The notes under the pieces are model-generated. The model was given only the letters and a program-made list of their open reading frames with translations, was not told the origin of the DNA and searched no databases. The translations under genes were made by a program, and so were the position numbers. A stretch of 64,000 nucleotides of DNA from a virus (taxonomy: Duplodnaviria > Caudoviricetes): the IMG/VR virus record IMGVR_UViG_3300027969_000041; one strand, written 5' to 3'. This document shows, piece by piece, positions 9,981-18,583 of this stretch (positions are counted from its first letter, which is position 1; every line of letters starts with the position of its first letter).

Positions 9981-10330
9981 TATCTACCCTCCCATGCAGA
10001 CTTGGCTGCGTCTATTCTTTGTTTTGCGGTCTTCTTTCCTAGTTCGCAGAAAGTTTTCGAACCACCTTTACTCATGCGTTCTATATGCTTTTCTAATCCT
10101 CTAAGATTAGTAGACTGTGGATCTTGTCGCCACTCTGTGTACTTTGCTAGTTGTTCTGTAATAGGATGTATTTCGGACCATGTTGGTTTTTCACAATCTT
10201 GTTTTTCCACGGAAAGGTCAACTGCTACAAGTTGATTGAACATTACTGGATCGTGGGGTCTTGGCCAGTATTCTTTAATAGTAGAACATCCACTCAGTGC
10301 TATTACCGCTATTAATAAAAGATGTTTCAT
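9980..10330 (-). CDS. Lipoprotein
   Basis: Lipobox LSGC after a hydrophobic signal. Confidence 0.8.
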   Translation of the reverse strand: MKHLLLIAVIALSGCSTIKEYWPRPHDPVMFNQLVAVDLSVEKQDCEKPTWSEIHPITEQLAKYTEWRQDPQSTNLRGLEKHIERMSKGGSKTFCELGKKTAKQRIDAAKSAWEGR

Positions 10331-10956
10331 TAGTGAGTACCTAATACGTGCAAGGCATGTTCATAATGCTTGATGCGATCGTCTAATCCAATTGTACCAC
10401 CGTTGATACGTTTGGTTAATGTTAGGATATCGCTTTTGTCGGCCCACTGATTTAAATTGTTAGCTTCCCAAAACCAGCAAGCACTTTGTACAGCACCTTC
10501 AAATGTTGCTAGGAATTCTGGAATATCTTCTACAGGTGTTTCAATACTGTCAGCAAAATTCTGATAATTTTGTTTGCCTGTTAATTGAATTAGTCCACGA
10601 CCGCAATAACGGAATCCGTCACCGCTGGCTTCTGGTCCATTGCCCATTCGTCCGCCATAGACACGATTGGCAATCATCTCCGGCTTTTGTGCGTATTGAT
10701 TAGCAAGATCGTCATTGGGGAAATACTTAGGAAATACCTTGCGTAATGTTACAGCACGATAATTTAAGTTTTCTTTTAACGCTCTAAAGCCACCACTTTC
10801 ATGAGAGCATTGAGCAATAAAGGCTGCTACACGATGCGGGGTGTTAATATCGTAGTCTGGTAATGCTTGCTCTAAGGCATGATACCAATGATCTAAGTAT
10901 GGATTACCTGGTAATAGTTGAGCCAGTTGCTCTCTTGATAAAATAAAATCTGACAT
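10330..10956 (-). CDS. Glycoside hydrolase family 19 endolysin
   Basis: AAFIAQCSHESGGF, ENLNY, GRGLIQLTG, INGG motifs. Confidence 0.93.
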   Translation of the reverse strand: MSDFILSREQLAQLLPGNPYLDHWYHALEQALPDYDINTPHRVAAFIAQCSHESGGFRALKENLNYRAVTLRKVFPKYFPNDDLANQYAQKPEMIANRVYGGRMGNGPEASGDGFRYCGRGLIQLTGKQNYQNFADSIETPVEDIPEFLATFEGAVQSACWFWEANNLNQWADKSDILTLTKRINGGTIGLDDRIKHYEHALHVLGTH

Positions 10957-11225
10957 TACTTATTAGCTTCCTCTGAAATAATTTTTTGTATTTGATACCA
11001 TTCTTGCCATCCTTCTGCGACAATAACACATTGATAATATGTAGAATAGTTTTTAACCACAACTTTTAGCAAATCTGCTAACGAAGTTGTATCGTTTGCT
11101 ACCATATCTAAGTCTGGACATTTAAACATTAACTTACTAGGCGCTTCTGGGAATTTTTGTTTAACAGGAACTGTTGTAGAACATGCAGCTAGGAACACAG
11201 TTAGTACAAGGATAATTTTTTTCAT
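10956..11225 (-). CDS. o-spanin (Rz1-like) lipoprotein
   Basis: Lipobox LAAC, Pro-containing N-terminus, downstream of a TM/coiled-coil gene and next to the endolysin. Confidence 0.72.
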   Translation of the reverse strand: MKKIILVLTVFLAACSTTVPVKQKFPEAPSKLMFKCPDLDMVANDTTSLADLLKVVVKNYSTYYQCVIVAEGWQEWYQIQKIISEEANK

Positions 11226-11671
11226 TTCTTATCTCCTCCAGCCGCCTTGTTCATTTGCGCTGCCGCATTATGAATTTCAATTGCTTCTTTAGGCAACGGG
11301 CAAATTTCTACAAATTTTGTAATTTCGGTGTTTCTATCAATGTACTTGATAATTTCCTCGCCCTTTTCCTTAATCACTTTAGTTTTGGTGATTATTTTTT
11401 CTTCAATTTTTACATTCTCTTCTTTGCTTTTTTCGTCAGCAATTGCTAATTTAGCTTCTAGTTCTTTAACACGCACCTGCCATTTTTCTTCATTGCTGGC
11501 AGCACCTAAGAACCAAACACTAATAACTAGAGCAACTGCTCCACCTATTTGTAATAGCAATTTGTAAGGTTTTAAAATGTATGATAACCCAATTGACCCT
11601 ATACCTGCAAAAAATAATAACGTCCAGAACCAGTCCGGAAGGAACGAAAGTATCCATGTAAGTTGCCACAT
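11222..11671 (-). CDS. i-spanin (Rz-like)
   Basis: N-terminal TM segments followed by a coiled coil; adjacent to the lipoprotein. Confidence 0.68.
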   Translation of the reverse strand: MWQLTWILSFLPDWFWTLLFFAGIGSIGLSYILKPYKLLLQIGGAVALVISVWFLGAASNEEKWQVRVKELEAKLAIADEKSKEENVKIEEKIITKTKVIKEKGEEIIKYIDRNTEITKFVEICPLPKEAIEIHNAAAQMNKAAGGDKK

Positions 11672-11672
11672 A

Positions 11673-12431
11673 TTACCACCTATCTTTTTCTATGACTACA
11701 GCTTGTTTGCCGTTCCTAATTAAAAACTTATTTCCAATTTTATTGATATCGTAGTTACCGATATACTTATTTAAGAACAGTACTTGACTTTGACTACTTT
11801 CATCTAAAGATAGTCTTCCAGGAACTGTATTTTTAACATCGTCGTATTCACCAATTGCAATGAATTTTGCTTGAATAGGACCAGCATACGGTCTGCTAAA
11901 TGTTATTGTGTTATTCTCTGCAAGCTCTACATCAACAGCACCTTGATCAAAAAAACCTTTAACATCAATTGATTTAATTTCTGTGATCTTAGCAGCGTAT
12001 TCTGCAGGAGTTGTAGGAATGTTTTCTAGTACAGCTTCTTCGTTGAATTCTACACTGTTAGGATTTTTTTGGTATCTGAAACGCCAGTCTCTAAATCCAC
12101 ACAAATGACTAACTCCGCTTAACAGGTCTTTCATTTGATAAGGAAGTTCCGGAGTACGTTCCATTTCAACAAACACTTGATATTGACCATCGTGTTCTTC
12201 ACCCGCGCTCATATCAGCATCAAGAATAAAAGGATAACCTTTTTCAATAAATTCCATTAAGTCAGTTGCGGGATATTTTTCTTTAACACGGAATCCTAAA
12301 ACTACAATGTCTGCATCCTCGCCCATCTTACTGCGATATTGATCTACAGTGAATATATCACTAACTAATTCTTTTAGATCACCGTAGCGTAATCCTTCTG
12401 TTAAGATGTTATTGTGTTGGTTGTTCGACAT
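11673..12431 (-). CDS. Hypothetical protein (probable virion protein)
   Basis: 252-aa ORF in a late-type operon. Confidence 0.75.
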   Translation of the reverse strand: MSNNQHNNILTEGLRYGDLKELVSDIFTVDQYRSKMGEDADIVVLGFRVKEKYPATDLMEFIEKGYPFILDADMSAGEEHDGQYQVFVEMERTPELPYQMKDLLSGVSHLCGFRDWRFRYQKNPNSVEFNEEAVLENIPTTPAEYAAKITEIKSIDVKGFFDQGAVDVELAENNTITFSRPYAGPIQAKFIAIGEYDDVKNTVPGRLSLDESSQSQVLFLNKYIGNYDINKIGNKFLIRNGKQAVVIEKDRW

Positions 12432-12936
12432 TCTGTGGTTCCTCTTGTGCTACTTCGTTGGCTTCTAGGTCTTCAGTGTTGCTATAACGCATCATCTCAA
12501 CATGCTGATTATGATCACGATTTTCTTTGCCAATGTAGACATCTTGCATTAGTTTCTTAGGCATAGTAATTTCTACAGTCCAAATAGGATGTGCATCAAT
12601 TTTGCCTTTTTTGGTACCTGGGCGGAAATCGCCTGGTTCTTTAATTTTTCTAGGAAGTAAGATATCTTCCTTTTTATAAACTACTTGGCATCCGTAGCCA
12701 AATAAACGCTTTGCACCTTCGGGATCAGGCATTTCTTGGTCGTCCCACATGAATGTACATTTAACACCGTATCTAGAAACTTCAGGGCCTGCAATTAATT
12801 CACCTTCTTCCCAGTTTTTAAATACATAGATATCTAATTCGTCGATAACACGCTCGAAGTCTTTTAATACTTTGAACGCACTATTATTCTCGCTGAGAGT
12901 TTGTAGGTTTTTAATTACATCAACAATATCGTGCAT
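12409..12936 (-). CDS. Hypothetical protein
   Basis: 175-aa ORF directly downstream of a perfect TATAAATA. Confidence 0.75.
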   Translation of the reverse strand: MHDIVDVIKNLQTLSENNSAFKVLKDFERVIDELDIYVFKNWEEGELIAGPEVSRYGVKCTFMWDDQEMPDPEGAKRLFGYGCQVVYKKEDILLPRKIKEPGDFRPGTKKGKIDAHPIWTVEITMPKKLMQDVYIGKENRDHNQHVEMMRYSNTEDLEANEVAQEEPQNVEQPTQ

Positions 12937-12955
12937 GGTGGTTTCCGTTATTGTA

Positions 12956-12963
12956 TATTTATA
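12956..12963 (-). promoter_or_regulatory. T4 late-promoter consensus TATAAATA
   Basis: Exact octamer 19 nt upstream of the start at 12936, heading the operon that includes the lysis genes. Confidence 0.65.
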
Positions 12964-13083
12964 CCGAGATAACTTCTAAAATCTATTAATTTATTGGATC
13001 CATTTTTGGTGTATTTGAGCATACTTTTGAAGTTCGGATGTAAATATCTATGCAGATCGATCTTCATTCATAGGGAGGTACAA

Positions 13084-13839
13084 TTGCCTAGAGCTAGAAG
13101 ACACGAAAAAAATCAGTCACAGCGAGATCCTCGTTTTGTAACTGAAACAAATAACTTGATCCAGATCAAGCCATATTTGAAAAGAAAGCAGCAAGTCACG
13201 ATTGTTCCACGGAACTTATCGCAGGAAAATTATCTTGAATTGCTAAAAAATCCCAAGAAATACATTGTTTTTGCCATAGGACCTGCGGGTACGGGTAAAA
13301 CTATGTTGGCTGTACAGATGGCTATAAAACTGTTCAAAGAGGGGGTGATCAATAAAATTATTGTTACACGACCAGCTGTCAGCGTAGATGAAGAACATGG
13401 GTTCTTACCAGGAGACCTTAATGCCAAGATGGCTCCTTGGACAAGACCTATATTTGACGTATTTGAAGAATATTACCATCCAAAAGAAATAGCGGAAATG
13501 CTAGAGGATGGAGTGATTGAAATATCACCATTGGCCTATATGAGGGGCCGCACGTTCAAGAATGCTTTTGTTGTTGCAGACGAAATGCAGAACGCCACAC
13601 CGTCACAGATGAAAATGTTGTTAACACGACTAGGAGATAATTCTAGAATGGTAGTTACAGGAGACTTAAATCAAGCAGACAGACCACGTGAGAACGGGTT
13701 GCTAGAATTTTGCAGTTTATTCGGCCGAGGAGGTGAGTATCGGATGATTGCTATGGCACAGTTTGAAATTAGAGATGTGGAACGTCACCCTGTAGTTAAA
13801 GAAATCTTAAAAATATATAAGGAAGATTCTATCGAGTAA
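13084..13839 (+). CDS. phoH: PhoH-like ATPase
   Basis: GPAGTGKT, TRPAV, GFLPG, LAYMRGRT, DEMQN, TRLG, GDLNQ; TTG start chosen for the GGGAGGT RBS. Confidence 0.95.
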   Translation: MPRARRHEKNQSQRDPRFVTETNNLIQIKPYLKRKQQVTIVPRNLSQENYLELLKNPKKYIVFAIGPAGTGKTMLAVQMAIKLFKEGVINKIIVTRPAVSVDEEHGFLPGDLNAKMAPWTRPIFDVFEEYYHPKEIAEMLEDGVIEISPLAYMRGRTFKNAFVVADEMQNATPSQMKMLLTRLGDNSRMVVTGDLNQADRPRENGLLEFCSLFGRGGEYRMIAMAQFEIRDVERHPVVKEILKIYKEDSIE

Positions 13840-13860
13840 CCCCAAACTCAATTCAACAGA

Positions 13861-13900
13861 AAACCGCATAGTAATCGATCTGCAAACGACTATGCGGTTT
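13861..13900. terminator. Bidirectional intrinsic terminator between convergent phoH and clamp loader
   Basis: 12-bp inverted repeat AAACCGCATAGT/ACTATGCGGTTT. Confidence 0.75.
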
Positions 13901-13904
13901 CTTG

Positions 13905-14831
13905 TTATTGTAAGCGAGCTAATTTTACAAGTGTGGCTGCAAGATTTATCTCAGGATCTGCAATCAATGTATGATCTACTAATCCTTGTTTAATTACAAG
14001 TAATGCTGAATCTTTTTGTTCTTCGCTTTGACCAAACAAATCTAAATTCTGATACATCCATGTATAGATGTCTTCAATCTCTTCTGGACGCACTCGACCG
14101 CACAATAATGTACGTGCTTCTTTGATCTTGCCCTTCTTAAACAATTCAACCATATCAATCTTATAATCAGCGGCAGCACTGTCTCCAGCTGTAGGAGTGG
14201 CAAGTTTTTTATCTTCTGTAATGTTTTGTTGTACTTGATTAATACATTTACGCAAATCTGGATATGTTAGTTTGACATAAGTGTCAAGTGTATCCATATC
14301 AAAATCAATATTTTCTGTAAGCAAAATAGTTGCTACACGAGCAGTAAATTCTACTTGGTCAGTTTTCTCAACATGGTAACCTTGGCACCGACTGTGAATA
14401 GCAGGAATAATTTTGTTACGATAGTTACAAGTTAGAATGAATCTACTTGTGCTAGAGTACGTTTCCATTAATCCACGCAAGATAGCCTGCGATGCAGGGG
14501 TTAGATAATCGGCTTCGTCTAAGAGCACAACCTTAAATGGACCAAATGGAATCATTTGTACAAAGTTTGTAATCTTATCTCGCATGTCGTCAATACGATT
14601 TTCTCTAGATGCGTTCATTTCTAACACATCGTAGTCTTCGATACCTAGTTCGTGTAACAACACCTTTGCCAGCGTTGTCTTACCAATACCTGCACTGCCA
14701 CTAAACAACAAATGTGGAATACTGCTTTCTTTAATCCAAGCCTTGACCTGACGTTTTTGAGACTCGTCCTTAAACACATAATCTTCAATTGTTTTAGGTC
14801 GATATTTTTCAACCCATAGTTCTTTAGCCAT
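13905..14831 (-). CDS. Sliding-clamp loader subunit (RFC small / T4 gp44-like)
   Basis: LWVEKYRP, GSAGIGKT, LDEAD, SRC motifs; start reassigned to MAKELW. Confidence 0.93.
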   Translation of the reverse strand: MAKELWVEKYRPKTIEDYVFKDESQKRQVKAWIKESSIPHLLFSGSAGIGKTTLAKVLLHELGIEDYDVLEMNASRENRIDDMRDKITNFVQMIPFGPFKVVLLDEADYLTPASQAILRGLMETYSSTSRFILTCNYRNKIIPAIHSRCQGYHVEKTDQVEFTARVATILLTENIDFDMDTLDTYVKLTYPDLRKCINQVQQNITEDKKLATPTAGDSAAADYKIDMVELFKKGKIKEARTLLCGRVRPEEIEDIYTWMYQNLDLFGQSEEQKDSALLVIKQGLVDHTLIADPEINLAATLVKLARLQ

Positions 14832-15102
14832 TATTTGGAACCCTTGTAAAGATGTGCCAGACACCTGATTCGTGATGTACAGTATTAAGGAATCTAAATA
14901 CTCCACCTGTCATGTCAAGTGGTTCGCCAGTTCCGAAGATTCTAAATTCACGATCTTCGACTTCTTCTTCCTCAGAGTTTACAGCCGCCCAGATGCAAAG
15001 TAGATTTCCTTGAAACTCTGCGGTAAACGGATCTGCCCCAACAGGCATTTTTATAAGTTGTGTACCTGTTACATCTAACTGATACTTGTAAATTGTTTTC
15101 AT
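14824..15102 (-). CDS. Hypothetical protein
   Basis: MKTIYKYQL start with upstream purine-rich RBS; 92 aa. Confidence 0.7.
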   Translation of the reverse strand: MKTIYKYQLDVTGTQLIKMPVGADPFTAEFQGNLLCIWAAVNSEEEEVEDREFRIFGTGEPLDMTGGVFRFLNTVHHESGVWHIFTRVPNNG

Positions 15103-15353
15103 TATACTACTTCCTCTAAAATTCCTAATATTTCTGCTAGGATTAACAACCAACCTACTAGAGATAATCCTGCCATAATAAGTGCAGCCCCTGCGGAAAT
15201 TCGTACAGCACTTTTTACAACACTGACATAAAAATGCCCTTTGCTTGTGTCCTTAGGCTGGATGTTTAGCATAGGAGAATGATGCGGGCACCGTCCTTGA
15301 TTGTAATCACAGTCTGGACTATATTCTTTATTGCAAGTCTTACATTTATCCAC
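15102..15353 (-). CDS. Small membrane protein with N-terminal Cys motif
   Basis: GTG start near the upstream stop; CxxC...C...C followed by hydrophobic helices. Confidence 0.6.
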   Translation of the reverse strand: MDKCKTCNKEYSPDCDYNQGRCPHHSPMLNIQPKDTSKGHFYVSVVKSAVRISAGAALIMAGLSLVGWLLILAEILGILEEVV

Positions 15354-15639
15354 GCAGACTCTCCAAGGTAATAATTTTACCCAAACATTCACCAAGGTCT
15401 TGATCATGCCCAACAATGTGTAGTTGTTGAAAACTGCGATCTTTCTGTCTATCGTACATATGAGTTTGTACCACAGTACCACCGTTGGCTCTAAAAATGT
15501 TAAAACGTAATGGTTCACCGTCTAGTTCGTGACTGTCTCTTGCGCTAACAACTGAGTTCCCGCCAAGTTTAGAACTAACATATTCAACGTCGTCATCTCT
15601 GTTTAACCAGTCGCGAAGTCGTCGCTTAAGCCATCTCAT
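15346..15639 (-). CDS. Hypothetical protein
   Basis: 97-aa ORF, ATGA coupling. Confidence 0.72.
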   Translation of the reverse strand: MRWLKRRLRDWLNRDDDVEYVSSKLGGNSVVSARDSHELDGEPLRFNIFRANGGTVVQTHMYDRQKDRSFQQLHIVGHDQDLGECLGKIITLESLRG

Positions 15640-15839
15640 TCAGATAACCCTTTGGCTAGTGTACGCATTTCTTCATCAGTCATAAAGAAATTATAAGTTG
15701 ATGAAAAATCAACATCACCTTCTTTATTTTTAGATTCTTGTATAAATTCAACAGAATTTAAATTTGATGGGCTAAGGCATTTCCAAGACTTAACACGGAG
15801 TCGAAATGCTTGATCTTCTTTAACTACAAAGTTTTTCAT
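15636..15839 (-). CDS. Hypothetical protein
   Basis: 67-aa ORF, ATGA coupling. Confidence 0.7.
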   Translation of the reverse strand: MKNFVVKEDQAFRLRVKSWKCLSPSNLNSVEFIQESKNKEGDVDFSSTYNFFMTDEEMRTLAKGLSE

Positions 15840-16300
15840 TGTTTATTCCTTTCTGATTCTGCTACACGTTTACGGAGACTACTACTACTAAATGAATGAT
15901 CTCGATGATTGAATACATGTACCATACCTCGACCGGCGCCTTCATTACGACCTGTGAAATTTGTATCTTCGTACTCAACTCCTAGTATACGCACATCTAG
16001 GGGTAATGTCAAGATTAAATCAATCAAATCTTGCTCAGTGCTATAGACTACAATTTCGTCAACATATCGGCAAGCACCTAGAGTAATTTGTCGTTCAACT
16101 ATTGTCTGAACAGGTTTATTTTTAGTATCCGGACGATCAATAGTTGGATCAGTTTGTAATCCGCAAATTAAGTAATCACAATGATTCTTGGCTTCTGCTA
16201 GCATAGCAATATGCCCTGCGTGAAGTAGGTCAAACGTTGAACAGGTAAACCCTACTGTTAATCCTTGCTCTTTGAGCTCTTTTATTTTATTAAATATCAT
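15836..16300 (-). CDS. TagD-like cytidylyltransferase
   Basis: TFDLLHAGH (HxGH), GLQTDPT, YVDE, SSSSLR. Confidence 0.9.
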   Translation of the reverse strand: MIFNKIKELKEQGLTVGFTCSTFDLLHAGHIAMLAEAKNHCDYLICGLQTDPTIDRPDTKNKPVQTIVERQITLGACRYVDEIVVYSTEQDLIDLILTLPLDVRILGVEYEDTNFTGRNEGAGRGMVHVFNHRDHSFSSSSLRKRVAESERNKQ

Positions 16301-16532
16301 TTTTGAGAATTTTTATAACTTTTTTCTTTTCTTGCTCTCGTAACCACTCATCCTCGCCTGAGAATGTAGGGCACCTTTTTAAAGCATCATCTAAAATCCA
16401 TTTTATCCTATACAAATCTTGTTTGGTATAAAAGCTGGTAAATCCGTCATTACGAGGATCACTGCACTCATAGACGGCACAATTAATTTGTTTAGCGATG
16501 TCTGCAACATCCCATGATTTTTTAAATCCCAT
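16290..16532 (-). CDS. Hypothetical protein (probably leaderless)
   Basis: 80-aa ORF; ATG 6 nt after TATAAT. Confidence 0.72.
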   Translation of the reverse strand: MGFKKSWDVADIAKQINCAVYECSDPRNDGFTSFYTKQDLYRIKWILDDALKRCPTFSGEDEWLREQEKKKVIKILKNDI

Positions 16533-16538
16533 GTACTA

Positions 16539-16575
16539 ATTATAGAGACAAAACAAGGGTCTGTCAAGACCCTTG
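16539..16575 (-). promoter_or_regulatory. sigma70 promoter whose -35 is the loop of a terminator-like hairpin after groES
   Basis: CAAGGGTC-TTGACA-GACCCTTG-TTTT, then 17-nt spacing to TATAAT. Confidence 0.8.
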
Positions 16576-16590
16576 ATTGCCAAGTGTTAA

Positions 16591-16971
16591 TTAACCTGGG
16601 ATGTTAAAGTTAAAGTTTGATCCAGCCCCAACAGCGTGGTTACGCTGTGCGCCACTTGGTTTTTCATCTGCTGACATTAGAATAGCATTTAGATCGGCAA
16701 GTCGGATAACAATGTCGTTGCCTTCCGGTGTTCGATAGTTAATACCGCGACTCCAACGACCGTGTTCAAGTAAGATCCATTCTCCTACTTTTACATCTAT
16801 TTGGTTTGGCCCAATTGCATATACCTTGGCCCAGCGTGGATGAATGCCTGTGCTTTTACCGTCATCGGAGGGTAGAAAAATTCCACCTACTGATTTTTCT
16901 ATTCCAAATTCCATCTCATGAACTAAAACTTTGTTGTCCAATGGACGTAATGTGCCTTCTACTGGTTTCAT
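16591..16971 (-). CDS. groES: Co-chaperonin GroES
   Basis: LRPLDNKVLV, GGIFLP, VYAIGP, VKVGEWIL. Confidence 0.88.
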   Translation of the reverse strand: MKPVEGTLRPLDNKVLVHEMEFGIEKSVGGIFLPSDDGKSTGIHPRWAKVYAIGPNQIDVKVGEWILLEHGRWSRGINYRTPEGNDIVIRLADLNAILMSADEKPSGAQRNHAVGAGSNFNFNIPG

Positions 16972-17271
16972 TTATTCCTCGGATTTCTTATTAGATTTTG
17001 TAGTAACCGCTGGAGCAGGTGTTACTACAACAGATTCTGGAACAATTATTTCTTCTTCAACTACTTCAGTGACTACCATGGGCTTTGCATTTGGATTATC
17101 TTCATAATAATCTGCTACAATATCTTCACGCCTGCGAATAATTTTACCACCGGTGCCTAATTCGTCACCACGTGCGTTGACATTCATGTTGCCGATTGCC
17201 GGCATCAATTCGTTTTGTCGCATTAGTTTTTCCATATCTACGACTTTGCCCTGCATTGTTTTGTATGACAT
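16972..17271 (-). CDS. Hypothetical protein
   Basis: 99-aa ORF abutting groES. Confidence 0.72.
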   Translation of the reverse strand: MSYKTMQGKVVDMEKLMRQNELMPAIGNMNVNARGDELGTGGKIIRRREDIVADYYEDNPNAKPMVVTEVVEEEIIVPESVVVTPAPAVTTKSNKKSEE

Positions 17272-17280
17272 TATAGTCTC

Positions 17281-17802
17281 CTATTTCAAAAATTCTTTTA
17301 TATCTAACTCATATTTAATTGAGTCAACTTTATGTACGCCTAACAAGTATAGCACATAACTGGCTACGCTACTACCTCGACCTACACCCCATACAATGTT
17401 GTTTTCTCGCATCGTATCTACCAAGTATTTAAGGTAATACAATAGGTCCATCATATTATGTTGGATAAACAATTCTAGTTCTTCACTTACTCTATTAGTC
17501 TGTTCTTTAGTACTGCACATCCCATAAAGCATTTCTACTAAATTTGGACAATAGTCGTTGGGCATAAACCAATTAGATTGATTATATTTGTCAAACGATT
17601 TTAGATCTACATTTGGATCTATTTCTAGTTTTTCAAGGTCGGGCAGTCTGTCTGCATTAAGTCTGCGAGCATTATTATATTGCTCAATGACACTGTCACT
17701 GTCAATATACACATTTTCTAATGTGTCAATCTTTTGATTGTATAGTGCGGAAAATGCTTCTTGCTCAGTTACTTCTACTTGACTGTATTGGTTAAGTTTC
17801 AC
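17281..17802 (-). CDS. Stand-alone fragment of DNA polymerase III alpha subunit (no catalytic aspartates)
   Basis: WGVGRGSSVASYVLYLLGV matches the DnaE GRGS motif; ORF stops before the PDIDxD motif. Confidence 0.8.
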   Translation of the reverse strand: MKLNQYSQVEVTEQEAFSALYNQKIDTLENVYIDSDSVIEQYNNARRLNADRLPDLEKLEIDPNVDLKSFDKYNQSNWFMPNDYCPNLVEMLYGMCSTKEQTNRVSEELELFIQHNMMDLLYYLKYLVDTMRENNIVWGVGRGSSVASYVLYLLGVHKVDSIKYELDIKEFLK

Positions 17803-18343
17803 TTAGACCACCTTTGATAATTCTCGGTTCGAAACGAGGACCATCGCTGATGTTCAAATCTTCCCATGACGTTGTGTCGCCTGAGCCTGTATTCACTGAA
17901 TCTGTATTCCACCAATGATCGCCTTGTAAATCTAATCCGGATTCTGCCGGATGTGATATACTATACTGTACACGATCGCCTACTAGACTGTCAATAGTAA
18001 AGTGACTAATATGGAAATATTTTTCTGTAATTTTTAAGAATTTAGCAAACAATACACACCCAACATAGAAGTCATACGGATCATCTGGTAAATGTACTAT
18101 GTTTGTTTCCATTTCTTTTAGAGATGGTAATAGCGGATGTTTGGAACATATAACAATACTATTTTCCAAATACTCGTCTACAAACTGTCTTATTTTTCTA
18201 AATCCCAACCCTATATTATTGATCTGTCCAATTGGTTCAACAGCAATAGTAATGTTGTAAAGATTTGAAAGGATTAAGTTATCGGTTACTAAGGTACAGC
18301 TAAATTCTGTGGGCCATACTACTTGATCTGCGTCAGTCAACAT
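17792..18343 (-). CDS. Hypothetical protein, possibly degenerate T-fold (QueD-like)
   Basis: Weak pattern similarity only; metal-binding His residues absent. Confidence 0.6.
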   Translation of the reverse strand: MLTDADQVVWPTEFSCTLVTDNLILSNLYNITIAVEPIGQINNIGLGFRKIRQFVDEYLENSIVICSKHPLLPSLKEMETNIVHLPDDPYDFYVGCVLFAKFLKITEKYFHISHFTIDSLVGDRVQYSISHPAESGLDLQGDHWWNTDSVNTGSGDTTSWEDLNISDGPRFEPRIIKGGLSET

Positions 18344-18575
18344 TAATTAAATCGTCCAAGCCTTTGTTTTGTTTTTTCAACATCGTTTGTGAATTTTCCA
18401 TCTGTCTACGATGTTGTTCGGTTCTATATGTATCTAATGCTACTACAATTTGTTGTGCAGCCCCACCTTGACCCATGCGAGCAGCAATATGATATTTGCG
18501 ACTAAGATCTAGAATTTTATTTTCTAGATCTTGATCTTTTAATTTGCTAGGGTCGTCTAATAACGGATGATACAT
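18333..18575 (-). CDS. Hypothetical protein
   Basis: 80-aa ORF overlapping its neighbour. Confidence 0.7.
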   Translation of the reverse strand: MYHPLLDDPSKLKDQDLENKILDLSRKYHIAARMGQGGAAQQIVVALDTYRTEQHRRQMENSQTMLKKQNKGLDDLINVD

Positions 18576-18583
18576 AAGTTAAT

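Noticed and set aside
12994-13083. Upstream extension of phoH given in the track
   Set aside because: It crosses the promoter region; a strong GGGAGGT RBS precedes TTG at 13084
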